From IMG/VR virus record IMGVR_UViG_3300030339_000006: a stretch of DNA of 64,000 nucleotides; one strand, written 5' to 3'. Source of the stretch: a virus. This document shows, one piece after another, positions 1-9,604 of this stretch. Position 1 is the first letter of the stretch, and each line of letters starts with the position of its first letter. The translations under genes were made by a program, and so were the position numbers. The notes under the pieces are model-generated. The model had not been told where the DNA came from. It ran no database searches and saw only the letters and a list, made by a program, of their open reading frames with translations.

Positions 1-555
1 AGCACCGTCGGTAGTGGTGAACGTGATGTTCGCCGTACCGGCTTTCAGTGCAGTAACCAGACCTGCGTTATCCACAGTAGCAACGGTCACATCACTCGAT
101 GCCCACGCACCGGTTTTATCCGCAGCGTTAGCTGGGAGAACGGCAGCGGCCAGAGACTGAGTATTACCGACGTCAATGGAGAACGTTGCAGGAGTCAGTG
201 TTACGCCCGAAACGTGGATGATCCCGTCATCCAGAGTCCACAGGCCCTTAGTTACGCCTTCTGCGATCCACTTCGGATAATCGACAACGTCAACGTAGGC
301 AAAAGCTTTCGGTGCAACGAAGGTGGAGTTTTTCGCGTAATTCTGGCCAGCCAGAGTCACAACGATGTCCCCTACGACCTTATAAGTGTTCGTAGCGGTT
401 GAAGAAATCAGGCCGGCGTCCAAAAGAATCTGAAGGCTCGATGGAATCTCTTGGGTTTCGTAGTGCAGAAGCGTTTTATGAGCTTCAACTGAGTCACCAG
501 ACTTGTAGATCTGCCCAGCAAGGGTGATGTTCTTCAGGATGTTTAGTTTTAACAT
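1..555 (-). CDS. Ig-like (Big_2) domain virion protein, truncated at window edge
   Basis: Not in the ORF track. ATG at 555, open to position 1: MLKLNILKN...HVSGVTLTPATFSIDVGNTQSLAAAVLPANAADKTGAWASSDVTVATVDNAGLVTALKAGTANITFTTTDG, a classic Big_2 pattern; lies downstream of the capsid gene. Confidence 0.8.
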   Translation of the reverse strand, partial: MLKLNILKNITLAGQIYKSGDSVEAHKTLLHYETQEIPSSLQILLDAGLISSTATNTYKVVGDIVVTLAGQNYAKNSTFVAPKAFAYVDVVDYPKWIAEGVTKGLWTLDDGIIHVSGVTLTPATFSIDVGNTQSLAAAVLPANAADKTGAWASSDVTVATVDNAGLVTALKAGTANITFTTTDGA

Positions 556-570
556 TTTGATTCCTCTAAT

Positions 571-593
571 AAAAAACCCCCTTTCGGGGGTTT
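571..593 (-). terminator. Rho-independent terminator after major capsid gene
   Basis: Minus strand AAACCCCC-GAAA-GGGGGTTTTTT. Confidence 0.8.
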
Positions 594-620
594 CTGAAAG
601 GTCCCTTCGGAACCGGTGGA

Positions 621-1544
621 TTAGTTCAGTGCGACCTGACCCAGGATGAAGCCTTTGGTGTTACCGATGCCGATCCCGATTGACTCGTAAGTCTGGAATT
701 CGATCATGTCAGCTTTCGCTTCCAGGAACACAGTTGGCTCCTGCAGGCTGTAGAACTGACCCAGGTATTCTTCTGGAGCGAAGACCGCAACCAGGTCACC
801 AAGTTCTTTCGTGATGTCCGTAGACAGCAGGTCAGCCTTGATGGTGGTAACGATTTCGAAGCCATAGAACGTGTCCATGGAACCAGTTTCGAATGCCTTG
901 GTAACTACTGCATCACCCAGCTGGGTAGCAGGCTCACGAAGCATCTGCAGGTACAGCACGTGAGACAGCAGGATTTTACCCGGCTTCTGACGAGCGATAA
1001 CCAGCTGTTGCACCAGGCTCATAACACGGTCAGTGATACGGTCGCCGGTAGCAACTACGAAGTCAGCACCCAGACGTTCATTCTGGATCGCACGGAGACC
1101 GGCGATGAAGTTGCTGTCTTCCTGCTGCTGCAGGTCCTTCACGGAGTTTTCCTGAAGGATGTTACGGATGTCCGTACGGTAAGTTGCCAGTTCGAACTTC
1201 GACTTAACGAAACGCTCGCTTGACAGCTTGTAGAAAGGAACTTCGTAACGAGCGCCACGGAAGTAACGCACAGTTGGCTGACCGGACAGGCTCATGTAAG
1301 CCGCCACTGAATCAGGTTCCTTTTCGATGATCACGCGAGGCTGATCATCAAGACCACGGTCCAGGTCACTTGCAGTAATCATCTGAGGGGTCAGAATCTT
1401 ACGGGCAAAGCCGGTTTCACGCAGTTTCTGGCGAACGAAAGCGGACATTGCTGCCCCTGCTTCCTTGACCATGCCCTGATCGATTTTGTCGATGAAAGAC
1501 TGGTTCAGGAAAGCAACGTTTACTGTTTCTTGTGGAATGTTCAT
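621..1544 (-). CDS. Major capsid protein (HK97-fold, probable)
   Basis: ~307 aa; VRQKLRETGFARKIL..PQ..DLDR N-terminal pattern of large-phage/encapsulin-like capsids; last gene of protease-scaffold-decoration cluster; AGGAG RBS; highly expressed codon usage; terminator follows. Confidence 0.75.
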   Translation of the reverse strand: MNIPQETVNVAFLNQSFIDKIDQGMVKEAGAAMSAFVRQKLRETGFARKILTPQMITASDLDRGLDDQPRVIIEKEPDSVAAYMSLSGQPTVRYFRGARYEVPFYKLSSERFVKSKFELATYRTDIRNILQENSVKDLQQQEDSNFIAGLRAIQNERLGADFVVATGDRITDRVMSLVQQLVIARQKPGKILLSHVLYLQMLREPATQLGDAVVTKAFETGSMDTFYGFEIVTTIKADLLSTDITKELGDLVAVFAPEEYLGQFYSLQEPTVFLEAKADMIEFQTYESIGIGIGNTKGFILGQVALN

Positions 1545-1559
1545 CAAACGTTTCTCCTA

Positions 1560-2036
1560 TTAACGAACCAAGATGACAAGGGCTTTAGTGCCATTTGCCA
1601 GAGTTTCAACTTCCAGTACATGGCCCAGGGCCTTGTCACCAGCAGCTTTACCGAACACGCCTGTAGCCGTTGCGGTTACCGCATCGCCTTCAACGTAAGT
1701 TGCGGTTGCGTCAATGGCATCGGTACGCACGATGTATCCGCTGAACAGCACGATACAAGTGTTACCACCACCGACTACGTCAGTACCGTTACCCGCAGCG
1801 ATACCGCCGGCGATGCGTACTGATTTGTCGTCTTTCGGACCACGAACTACGATGCCGACAGCACCAGTAGAGTCTGCGACGGTTACACGTTTAACTTTAC
1901 CACCAGCAACTGGAACAACCAGATCGCCGTTGGTCAACGTAGCGTCGTCAGAGCCGTAGTTCATGTGCAGTCCGTTCGGACGCGGCCAACCGTGTAGGAA
2001 CTCAGCACGGTATTCTAAAACAGGCAGTCTGCTCAT
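1560..2036 (-). CDS. Capsid decoration/cement protein (probable)
   Basis: 158 aa beta-rich, Gly/Val/Thr-rich (GDLV, GIVV, YVEGDAVT..G, LGHV); immediately upstream of MCP. Confidence 0.55.
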   Translation of the reverse strand: MSRLPVLEYRAEFLHGWPRPNGLHMNYGSDDATLTNGDLVVPVAGGKVKRVTVADSTGAVGIVVRGPKDDKSVRIAGGIAAGNGTDVVGGGNTCIVLFSGYIVRTDAIDATATYVEGDAVTATATGVFGKAAGDKALGHVLEVETLANGTKALVILVR

Positions 2037-2056
2037 TTAATTCTCCTAGTTGGGTC

Positions 2057-2578
2057 TTATGATAAACAGAAATCTACGAACGGGTCAACCCCGCGAGAAC
2101 TCTGTCCATTACTTGCTTTGCCAAGATCCCATGGATCCTGTTGGCTGCTAGCGATCTTACTCAGCGTACCTTCTGGTAGAGATTTTAACGCTTCCCAATC
2201 GGAATCCGTCCAATCTCCCTTAGATTTTAATGCATCCAAGGTCGGTGCTACGCTAGCGCTTTTCTGAAGGTCGGTAATCGTTTCTTCACTACTTTGTAGT
2301 TTAGCACTGAGTTCATCAATTACATCAGCACTTTTAGAAAGAATCCCGGCTTCCTTCTCGAAAGTCGCGGCGTGTTGCAACATTTCTGCTGCATGACCAG
2401 GAGTGAATTTTTCTTCGTAACCGGCAAGAATCTCTTCCGCCTGGCTCGCATCCACTCCATTCTCTGCCAAAGAGTTTAACGCTGCTTGCTTGACCATCGA
2501 GAAATCATACTGATTTTTGATGCCCGTGGCAATAGCATTCAGATCACCAGCTCGTTTACGAAGAAGATCAGTATTCAT
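2057..2578 (-). CDS. Head assembly/scaffold-like protein with K-x-A motifs
   Basis: Helical; RKRAG, VKQAA, EKEAG, SKSAD, QKSAS; GAGAGG RBS before ATG 2578. Confidence 0.5.
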   Translation of the reverse strand: MNTDLLRKRAGDLNAIATGIKNQYDFSMVKQAALNSLAENGVDASQAEEILAGYEEKFTPGHAAEMLQHAATFEKEAGILSKSADVIDELSAKLQSSEETITDLQKSASVAPTLDALKSKGDWTDSDWEALKSLPEGTLSKIASSQQDPWDLGKASNGQSSRGVDPFVDFCLS

Positions 2579-2593
2579 GTTTCCTCTCACTGG

Positions 2594-3250
2594 TTAAATA
2601 CTTCCGTTGTTCTTACGGAAATTGTACACAGCGGCTTTACCCGCAGCACCGTCAAGTTGCTCATCGGCGACGTGTGTAACTCCGAGTCCAACTCCCCCGG
2701 CTACTGTTCCACCTACAATTTTAGTCAGAGTCGGAGCTTTACGGCCATAGAGTCTTACTAAAGCGAGGGAACGGCGAGCCAGGCCCGCAGATTTGCTCAT
2801 TGAAGAGCGTGCAGCTAATCCACCAGCCACGCCGACAGCGAGGCCCGTCTTAGCAGGATTGGCTTTTGCGATGTCAGCACCACGCTTTAAGCCGCCGAGG
2901 ACGCTTTGACCGGTAGAGGTCTTCGCCAGGGTTGCTCGAGCAGAATTGCCGGAACGAGTCACGAAACCGCGTGCTGCGTTGACGCCTTCAGTGATGAAAG
3001 CTCCTACGCCCGCTTGTTTCTTCATCGCATCGTTATAACCAGTGTGGTACATAGTAGCTTGGGCAGCGGCGGAACCGCTGTAACCCCCAATGATATGTCC
3101 TGCGACCAGGCCTGTGCCGATAGCTTGCGGAGAGATGGATTTGATAGGCTTATAGGCTTTCGCAATGGCTCGACCCGCGGCATCCTTCCCGGCTTTAATA
3201 GCCTCAAGAGCACGCTTGGCTTGACCCAGTACGGTTGCTTCCTTCTCCAT
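2594..3250 (-). CDS. Basic Gly/Ala-rich virion (internal/ejection?) protein
   Basis: Three amphipathic Gly-rich segments separated by EKEA, KKQA, SKSA; head gene cluster. Confidence 0.45.
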   Translation of the reverse strand: MEKEATVLGQAKRALEAIKAGKDAAGRAIAKAYKPIKSISPQAIGTGLVAGHIIGGYSGSAAAQATMYHTGYNDAMKKQAGVGAFITEGVNAARGFVTRSGNSARATLAKTSTGQSVLGGLKRGADIAKANPAKTGLAVGVAGGLAARSSMSKSAGLARRSLALVRLYGRKAPTLTKIVGGTVAGGVGLGVTHVADEQLDGAAGKAAVYNFRKNNGSI

Positions 3251-3261
3251 TCTCACCTCTG

Positions 3262-3281
3262 AAAACCCCTCCGAAGAGGGG
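3262..3281 (-). terminator. Rho-independent terminator
   Basis: Minus strand CCCCTC-TTCG-GAGGGG-TTTT. Confidence 0.65.
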
Positions 3282-3288
3282 CGTGGGA

Positions 3289-4032
3289 TTAACCGCAGAT
3301 TTCTGCGATTGCTGCTACAGCTTCTGCGAAGTCAACGCCTTCATCCAGCAGTTGATCCAGGGCAGCTTTCTTTTCCAGATCGCTGTACTCAGGAGCTTCT
3401 TCGAGAGTCGCTTGCTTAACCAGTTCTACTGCGTCAGAGAAGTCGATGCCTTCTTCCAACAGAGCTGCAACGGCTGCAGATTTTTCCAGGTCCTGAGTCA
3501 TCAGGATGGAAGCTTCTTTAACCAGATCAGCTGCTTCAGCGAAGGTTAGACCATCGTTGATCAGAGCGGTCAGGGTATCAGAGGCTTGCTTATCCAGGTT
3601 AGACTGGATTGGCTCACGGCCAGCAGTTTGAGCGCCGCCTTCAGCAGACACTTCAGTCTCAACTTTAGTTGGAACTGCAGTCTTGCCTTCGTGACCAGCA
3701 CGTTCCAGAAGAGCTTTAGCCACTTCGGTCACAGTCTTACCGGCCACCGGAGTTGGTTTGATTTTAGCAGTGTCCTGAGCGACCATTTCGGCAGTTTCAG
3801 TAGCTACGTTGTTCTCAGCTTGCTTAGTCAGACCAGCAAGGATTGCGTCGGCGATAGACTGGCCAGCCAGTTCATGTGCACTTTTGGTCATTACAGTTTC
3901 TCCAGCAGTTTCGTTTGAAAGAGCAGTTTCCAGCTCAGTTGAGGCATCGGATGCCTGTTTGGTCATTTCTTGATTTGCTGAATCCTGCACCTGCAGGCTA
4001 GCAATCAAGCTGTCCAGTGTATAATCACTCAT
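3289..4032 (-). CDS. Scaffold/prohead core protein (probable)
   Basis: Acidic, Ala-rich; at least 8 K-x-A motifs; three C-terminal L..L..EG(I/V)DF.EA repeats; directly downstream of protease. Confidence 0.6.
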   Translation of the reverse strand: MSDYTLDSLIASLQVQDSANQEMTKQASDASTELETALSNETAGETVMTKSAHELAGQSIADAILAGLTKQAENNVATETAEMVAQDTAKIKPTPVAGKTVTEVAKALLERAGHEGKTAVPTKVETEVSAEGGAQTAGREPIQSNLDKQASDTLTALINDGLTFAEAADLVKEASILMTQDLEKSAAVAALLEEGIDFSDAVELVKQATLEEAPEYSDLEKKAALDQLLDEGVDFAEAVAAIAEICG

Positions 4033-4033
4033 T

Positions 4034-5518
4034 TTAACTTCTCCCACAATGGCGTTTAATGGAACCTTCCATTAGTTTAACAGTAATCTCTGCGGACTTC
4101 ACAATTGTTTCCCCGATAGGAGAGTTTAACCAACTGATCTGCTTCTGCAGTTTACGTTTAGCTAAGTCGGCAATCATGATCTTTGCCAGCAAGGCACTCC
4201 CGGCGATCGATAGGAGAGTCTTCAACAAAGTCGGCTCTTGAGCCGCTACAGCTGGAGTCGGCAGTACCGGTGTTTCCATCGGAACTCTTCCGTGCTCCCA
4301 ATTAGTATAACCTGTTGGGGCAGGAGGACGACCAACTACATACTCAGCAGCACGCTTTTCTACCATATCGGATCGCAAAGAGGAGCCCTCAATGTATCTT
4401 AAAAGTAGTTTAAGCAGAACCGGGTTCGCTTCCTTCTCAACTATCTCAGGAATGTTGTCTAAATGCAAGGGAATCGAGTCGATACCGACGTGATTCGCTA
4501 CCGCAACAGCCAAAGGTCCCAGGTGTTCTTTCTCCCGACCGAGGTACATCGTGGCGAAATATTTCGACAGGAAGTCCATGGAAGGGTTCATTCCGAGTTC
4601 CGCGAGAGCGTTCATCACGTCCTCAAACGGGTACGGTTGCAGAATGTGGAGGATATTATCGCTCGGATCCAGCACGCGGTCAAGGATAGGGTCCAAACGA
4701 TTGTCATAATCGACAACGTCTCCCTGGATTTCCTTCACCAAATCAGCCAGTTTCTCAACGGCTTCTTTCTTGATGCCCGTCTCGATGACGGCGGACGGTT
4801 CGTATGACACGCCTTCCGCGAGGGCCGCTTCTGCCGAAGAGATTGCTCCCTGGTGGTTAGCCACCTTCTCGAGCACCGACGAGGTCACGTCAGCAGGACG
4901 GATCACGATGGAGATGTCAAAGAAGCGTAGCGGTCCCAGGTTGAGTGCCATGACTTTACGACCGTCAGGGTACAGTGAGTTCAGCTGCGATGTTAAGTGC
5001 GAGCAGTACTCGTTACGGGAATGTGCTTTGTTACCACAGATGCTACACACGTCGAATGGCGTATTGCAGGCCATTGAAGTCGCCGGGTATTGCCCACGTT
5101 CAGTAATCTGGTAGTACTCATCGGCACCGAGAATCTTGCTGACTTCCACGATGAGCTCCACACGGTGCATCCGTGGGTTGTAGTACGAGAAGATTACCTT
5201 ACCGATGGACTTGGCCGGGTCTTTGTTGACGTGGTGGCGGAATACGTGGGCAGGAGACGTTTCGAAGGTCTTGTGCCATCGAATCAACTGGGCTTCCGGG
5301 AAGTAGTCCCCGTTGCGGTTCGACCCGTAGTACTCGCCGGCACCCATGGCATTAATGTGCAGATAAAAATAACCTTCGCGAACAGGGATCTGCTTCACGT
5401 AGTCATCAATCTCTGCCGCCGCAGCCTTCTTAGTCAGACCGGCCGCGTCGTCAAACAGTAACGTCGCTTCACCCATTTCCAAGTGAGCTTCGTAACGGCT
5501 GTCGAGTAATTTATCCAT
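4034..5518 (-). CDS. Prohead (capsid maturation) protease
   Basis: 494 aa; NRNGD.F, VFRHH, IGKV, TSMAC...CSICGN...CSH, FFDISIVIRPAD: HK97/herpes-like protease with Zn-knuckle insert; long K-x-A-rich C-terminal extension. Confidence 0.7.
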   Translation of the reverse strand: MDKLLDSRYEAHLEMGEATLLFDDAAGLTKKAAAAEIDDYVKQIPVREGYFYLHINAMGAGEYYGSNRNGDYFPEAQLIRWHKTFETSPAHVFRHHVNKDPAKSIGKVIFSYYNPRMHRVELIVEVSKILGADEYYQITERGQYPATSMACNTPFDVCSICGNKAHSRNEYCSHLTSQLNSLYPDGRKVMALNLGPLRFFDISIVIRPADVTSSVLEKVANHQGAISSAEAALAEGVSYEPSAVIETGIKKEAVEKLADLVKEIQGDVVDYDNRLDPILDRVLDPSDNILHILQPYPFEDVMNALAELGMNPSMDFLSKYFATMYLGREKEHLGPLAVAVANHVGIDSIPLHLDNIPEIVEKEANPVLLKLLLRYIEGSSLRSDMVEKRAAEYVVGRPPAPTGYTNWEHGRVPMETPVLPTPAVAAQEPTLLKTLLSIAGSALLAKIMIADLAKRKLQKQISWLNSPIGETIVKSAEITVKLMEGSIKRHCGRS

Positions 5519-5529
5519 TTGGGTTCCTT

Positions 5530-5551
5530 AAAAAGGTGCCCGAAGGCACCT
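5530..5551 (-). terminator. Rho-independent terminator
   Basis: Minus strand AGGTGCC-TTCG-GGCACCT-TTTT. Confidence 0.65.
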
Positions 5552-5556
5552 ACAGA

Positions 5557-6111
5557 TTACAGAGAGAAGTTACGGGCGGTAAGCGGAGTTTGGTTTCCAC
5601 GACGGGATTCCAGTTCTGCCAACATCTTCACAGTCTGAATGTCCAGGTTGTCACCACGGATGGCGTTCGACAGAACCTGGCCCAGAATGTTCGGGTCGGT
5701 AGAAACACTCGGTGCTGTAGCATAAATGCTGTCAGCCAGAGACTTCACGCGATCCTGGTCAGCGTGCTGCAGGACGTTGTTACGAGAAATCGCCATACGC
5801 AGAGCTGCTTCGAATTTGCTGCGGTTCAAGCCACCGGCAATCGAGCGGATTGCACCCGCACCGGCAGCAACACCCAGGCCACCCAGGAGTGGGATACCGG
5901 TTTTCAGCACGGCTTTACCGAGTTCTTCACCCTTAAAGGCGCCGACGAAGTCAGACCAACCGGCCGTCTTTTCGAAATTCTCGACGGTCAAGTCGATGAA
6001 ACGCTTTTGGTCTTCTGACAATTCTGCAGCGTCAGTCAGACCGGCAGATTTCATCAGACCGGACTGCAGACCTTCGCGGAGTCCGTTCAATACTTCTTGG
6101 TTTTCGTTCAT
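5557..6111 (-). CDS. Virion protein with Gly-rich hydrophobic segment
   Basis: 184 aa; MKSAG, EKTAG then GIPLLGGLGVAAGAGAI. Confidence 0.5.
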   Translation of the reverse strand: MNENQEVLNGLREGLQSGLMKSAGLTDAAELSEDQKRFIDLTVENFEKTAGWSDFVGAFKGEELGKAVLKTGIPLLGGLGVAAGAGAIRSIAGGLNRSKFEAALRMAISRNNVLQHADQDRVKSLADSIYATAPSVSTDPNILGQVLSNAIRGDNLDIQTVKMLAELESRRGNQTPLTARNFSL

Positions 6112-6120
6112 GTAGGCCTC

Positions 6121-7041
6121 TTAGTTGTGTAGACTGCCCCAGACGTCTTTGGTCGGAGCGGATTTGCTGGCGATCTGGCCGATCTCAGGACCGGCGATGG
6201 CTACTGTTCCACCTAGTTTAATCGCTTTGCCTGCTGAATTGGCGCCTTTAGCACCACCCCGCATGATCGAACCCGCCGCACGAATCAGGGAGCCAACGAA
6301 GGCTTCTTTCGTCAAGTGAGGTGGGCAGATAACTTCAGCGATCTTCGTCAGTTTCTCTTCGAGGTCTTGGCGTTTCATGCTAGCCTCTTTAGCCAGACCC
6401 AGAGAGTCCTGCAGAGCCTTAACGTTAAACAGGGCTTCTACGCCACGGATAGACGGGCCGGAAGCTTCCTTCACGTGACCGAACACCAGCGAGCAGAGCT
6501 CATTGTAACGCTTTGAATCTCCACCGGTCAACGCCGCAATCTTCATCAGGGCGTCAGGATCCTTGGCAACCACGGCAGCGGACTTCAACAGGCCTTCCGT
6601 GATGTTCATTTCCTCCATCTGCATGCTGCGAAGTTGCTCACGGCCGGCGTAGAGGTGCTTGGTCAGCTGCTTACGGGCTTCGATCGGATCGATGTTCGGT
6701 TCGTAGGCCGACGCGACCTTTTCCATCGGAGCTGACATCAGCGACAACGGGCTAGGGCGTTTCTCACTCGCAGCTTTCTCCATTGACGGAGTCAGGAAGT
6801 ACGCCATGATCTGCTCAGTGTTTGCCAGATCAAACTCCGCTGTTTTATCCATCGAGCCGTGTGGGCCAGAGAGATACGCTAGTTGGTTAACAGTTTCGAC
6901 CAGGCGGGCAACCTGGTCAGCGTTCATTTCGTTGGCTTCTGCGACTTTGATAATGCCGTCGTTCAGAGAGACACCACCGTTACGGTAGCGGGCTACCACA
7001 CCCGCCCCCACGTTCTTAAGGAAATCTACTGACATGTCCAT
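6121..7041 (-). CDS. Virion head protein, K-x-A rich
   Basis: 306 aa; ~10 K-x-A motifs; head operon. Confidence 0.5.
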   Translation of the reverse strand: MDMSVDFLKNVGAGVVARYRNGGVSLNDGIIKVAEANEMNADQVARLVETVNQLAYLSGPHGSMDKTAEFDLANTEQIMAYFLTPSMEKAASEKRPSPLSLMSAPMEKVASAYEPNIDPIEARKQLTKHLYAGREQLRSMQMEEMNITEGLLKSAAVVAKDPDALMKIAALTGGDSKRYNELCSLVFGHVKEASGPSIRGVEALFNVKALQDSLGLAKEASMKRQDLEEKLTKIAEVICPPHLTKEAFVGSLIRAAGSIMRGGAKGANSAGKAIKLGGTVAIAGPEIGQIASKSAPTKDVWGSLHN

Positions 7042-7685
7042 TAATCTTCCTTCAGGTCTTCTTCACTCGGGAACTGAATGTCATCCCCAGTGAACTGTTG
7101 CAGTGCGATATTGATGTCTTTCATAGCTTCATCAGTATCAGTCACCCATGTTTTGAGCAGACGGGCCGCTTCAACAGCCTGCTTCGTCCACTTCGCGGAT
7201 TCCTTGGACGCCTCAGAGGCGTTAGCGTTAAAGAACGCTTCCTTACTCTTGAAGTAACAATCCGAGAAGATACGGGTCAGACCCTCGACCGGCGAGACAC
7301 TGACTTCGTTACCAAAACGCCACTCGAGGAACTTCATGCCCTGAGTCAGGGCCCAAGTCTTCATCGTACGTTCGCTGGCTTCTTTGATGCTGTCAACCAT
7401 CGCCAAGCGTTGGAGTTTGGTCATCGCTTCCACGTCCCAGTATACCGTGCGGTAAATGTCCAGCACGCTCACCGGAACACCCAGGAAGGATGAGATCACC
7501 GCCAAGTCATTCGTGGCCAGTAGGCTAGACTCCACGTAAAGACGTTGTGTGCGATCCTTGTAGATTACCGTGGCTTCCGCAACCAGTTCGGCGAATTGGC
7601 CAGCCAGGAGCTGATCCACGATCGGATCAACCCCCTTGGTGCCTTTCGCGAGCAGTAGGCCGCGGTAGTTCGGTCCTTTAGACAT
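7041..7685 (-). CDS. Hypothetical protein (head operon)
   Basis: Coupled to neighbours by stop/start overlaps; alternative start 7724. Confidence 0.5.
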   Translation of the reverse strand: MSKGPNYRGLLLAKGTKGVDPIVDQLLAGQFAELVAEATVIYKDRTQRLYVESSLLATNDLAVISSFLGVPVSVLDIYRTVYWDVEAMTKLQRLAMVDSIKEASERTMKTWALTQGMKFLEWRFGNEVSVSPVEGLTRIFSDCYFKSKEAFFNANASEASKESAKWTKQAVEAARLLKTWVTDTDEAMKDINIALQQFTGDDIQFPSEEDLKED

Positions 7686-9555
7686 TACTGGCGATCTGCT
7701 CGAGCTTGATGTAGCTTTCACCAAGGTTCTGGTAAGAACTACGCAGGTTCGTCACCATGTTACTCAACGCCTCAGGGTCCAGTGAGTCGGACAGTCTGTT
7801 TGAGTTAACACGGGCCAGGAAGAGAATGCGACCGAGGCGGTCTACTGCACTCCCGATTTCCGGCAGATATTCGTTAATGGTTTCGAACATGTTCGGATCG
7901 CTCAGGAGCTCAGCGATGATTGTCGCTTCCACGACGCTCTTATCGTTGGTCTTCGCCGCAGCGTTCAGACGGTCGGTCTGACCCATTTGGCGTTCCTGAC
8001 GGCTACCCGCCATGGTCGGTGCGGGTGGCAGTTTCTGACCATACTCGAAGAACGGAGTAGGACGAGAACCTTCAACGGCAGCAGCCTGCTTGGACATGTG
8101 CATCCCGATCATCTTGCGTTCTTCCGCAGACTTCATCAGGTTTTCCGTGTCGATCGGCTGGAGCATCATGTTCTCGACCAGCATGCGAGCGGCTTCCGGA
8201 CGTCCACCCACTGGGCGACCATCAATAGCGAACTCACCATTGTGGAAGGACATGGTGTGGTAATCCGGCAGATACGACGTAGTGCGATGCTCGTGACGGG
8301 TAACCGTGGCTGCGATAGACTTCTCGAACTGAGAGCCCAGCGAAGAGCGGTGGCCGACGTACGCACGACAGACGGCATTCAGGAACACGTCCTGGCCCCC
8401 ACGTTCGTTGCTCTGGCAGTGAACCAGACCGTGCATACCTTCGGTTACAATCACGCGACCGTTGCTGCCACCCTGGAAGGTACCGCGGTAGGTCGTCGAG
8501 TGAGCATCCATCAGTGGCATTCCGTCAATGTCAAACAGGAAGTATCCCGTACCGTCGAAGAACATCACCTTCTTATCCTCTGCACCGTCCAGGAGTAACG
8601 CCAATTCACCGGCAGGAACGCCAGAGAGGTTTGCTGTCACTTCATCGTACGGCACTTCCTGTTGGTGGATCACGACGTCTTTGTCGACCAGGCCAAACTG
8701 ACCCTCTACCGTACAGACCAGAACCTGGCGAGTGTCTACCGGTGCTCCGCATTGACGCAGTACCGCGATTGGGATTTCCCCACCGCCGACACCTTCCGCC
8801 ATGTACGCGTGGCCTTCTTCAGCCGCTTTCAGCTTGGTGTAATGGTTCGCACCGGCAGACTCAATTACCACACGGGTCGTCGAGTGTTCCCCGGCGATGT
8901 GGTAACCCTTTTGCACGATATCCTGAACGGCTTCGTGAGACAGTGGAGCTCCACCGGCTGCGAAATCAGGAGTGTCAGTCAGCACTTGGGCTTCTTTCAC
9001 CATCTGAACTTCGGGCAGTTTCTCAACCGTACGCAGGGCTTCGGCGAACTTCTCCAGGTTCAGCAGACGGCCGATCGAGTCGGAAATCTCTGGGTTCTGG
9101 GTCAGCGTGTCTGCCAGTTCGCCGCGAATCGCAGGATCGGACATCGCAATGATACCGTCCAGGCGGCCATCGCTGGCGTACATGAACTTACCGGTACGTG
9201 GTGGAACGACCAGATCTTTAAGGTCTGGGTTGGAAATAGCACCCTGTGGGGTACGGGCAGCGGCACCCATCCCGGCGTTCTGAGCGGCACGGACTTGTTC
9301 GATGGTCTTCTTGGTTAACGGGAAGAATGCCTTACGATCAGCCAAATAGATGGAATCGATAGGGAAAATTACCCCGCCGCGGGAGATCACCGGAATGTAG
9401 AACAGGTTCCCACCATTTCGCATGATGAAGACGCCTACCTCTACCCCGTCTGACTCGGACAGTTCAGAAGACATGTCTTTGAATGCCACGATGTACTTGC
9501 TCAAGCCGGGAGAAGCCGCGTTAAGCTTTTCCAGAGCCATCTGACTAAAATTCAT
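7678..9555 (-). CDS. Large virion structural protein (unknown)
   Basis: 625 aa; GGAGA RBS; TAAAATAG motif 26 bp upstream; VKEAQ, MKSAE, SKQAA. Confidence 0.55.
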   Translation of the reverse strand: MNFSQMALEKLNAASPGLSKYIVAFKDMSSELSESDGVEVGVFIMRNGGNLFYIPVISRGGVIFPIDSIYLADRKAFFPLTKKTIEQVRAAQNAGMGAAARTPQGAISNPDLKDLVVPPRTGKFMYASDGRLDGIIAMSDPAIRGELADTLTQNPEISDSIGRLLNLEKFAEALRTVEKLPEVQMVKEAQVLTDTPDFAAGGAPLSHEAVQDIVQKGYHIAGEHSTTRVVIESAGANHYTKLKAAEEGHAYMAEGVGGGEIPIAVLRQCGAPVDTRQVLVCTVEGQFGLVDKDVVIHQQEVPYDEVTANLSGVPAGELALLLDGAEDKKVMFFDGTGYFLFDIDGMPLMDAHSTTYRGTFQGGSNGRVIVTEGMHGLVHCQSNERGGQDVFLNAVCRAYVGHRSSLGSQFEKSIAATVTRHEHRTTSYLPDYHTMSFHNGEFAIDGRPVGGRPEAARMLVENMMLQPIDTENLMKSAEERKMIGMHMSKQAAAVEGSRPTPFFEYGQKLPPAPTMAGSRQERQMGQTDRLNAAAKTNDKSVVEATIIAELLSDPNMFETINEYLPEIGSAVDRLGRILFLARVNSNRLSDSLDPEALSNMVTNLRSSYQNLGESYIKLEQIASNV

Positions 9556-9580
9556 AGTTGGGTTCTCCGTTAAATATACA

Positions 9581-9588
9581 CTATTTTA
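9581..9588 (-). promoter_or_regulatory. Putative late promoter TAAAATAG
   Basis: CTATTTTA on + strand; same octamer upstream of other minus-strand genes (12865, 37458, 39379). Confidence 0.55.
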
Positions 9589-9604
9589 GTTAATCACTCG
9601 TATT

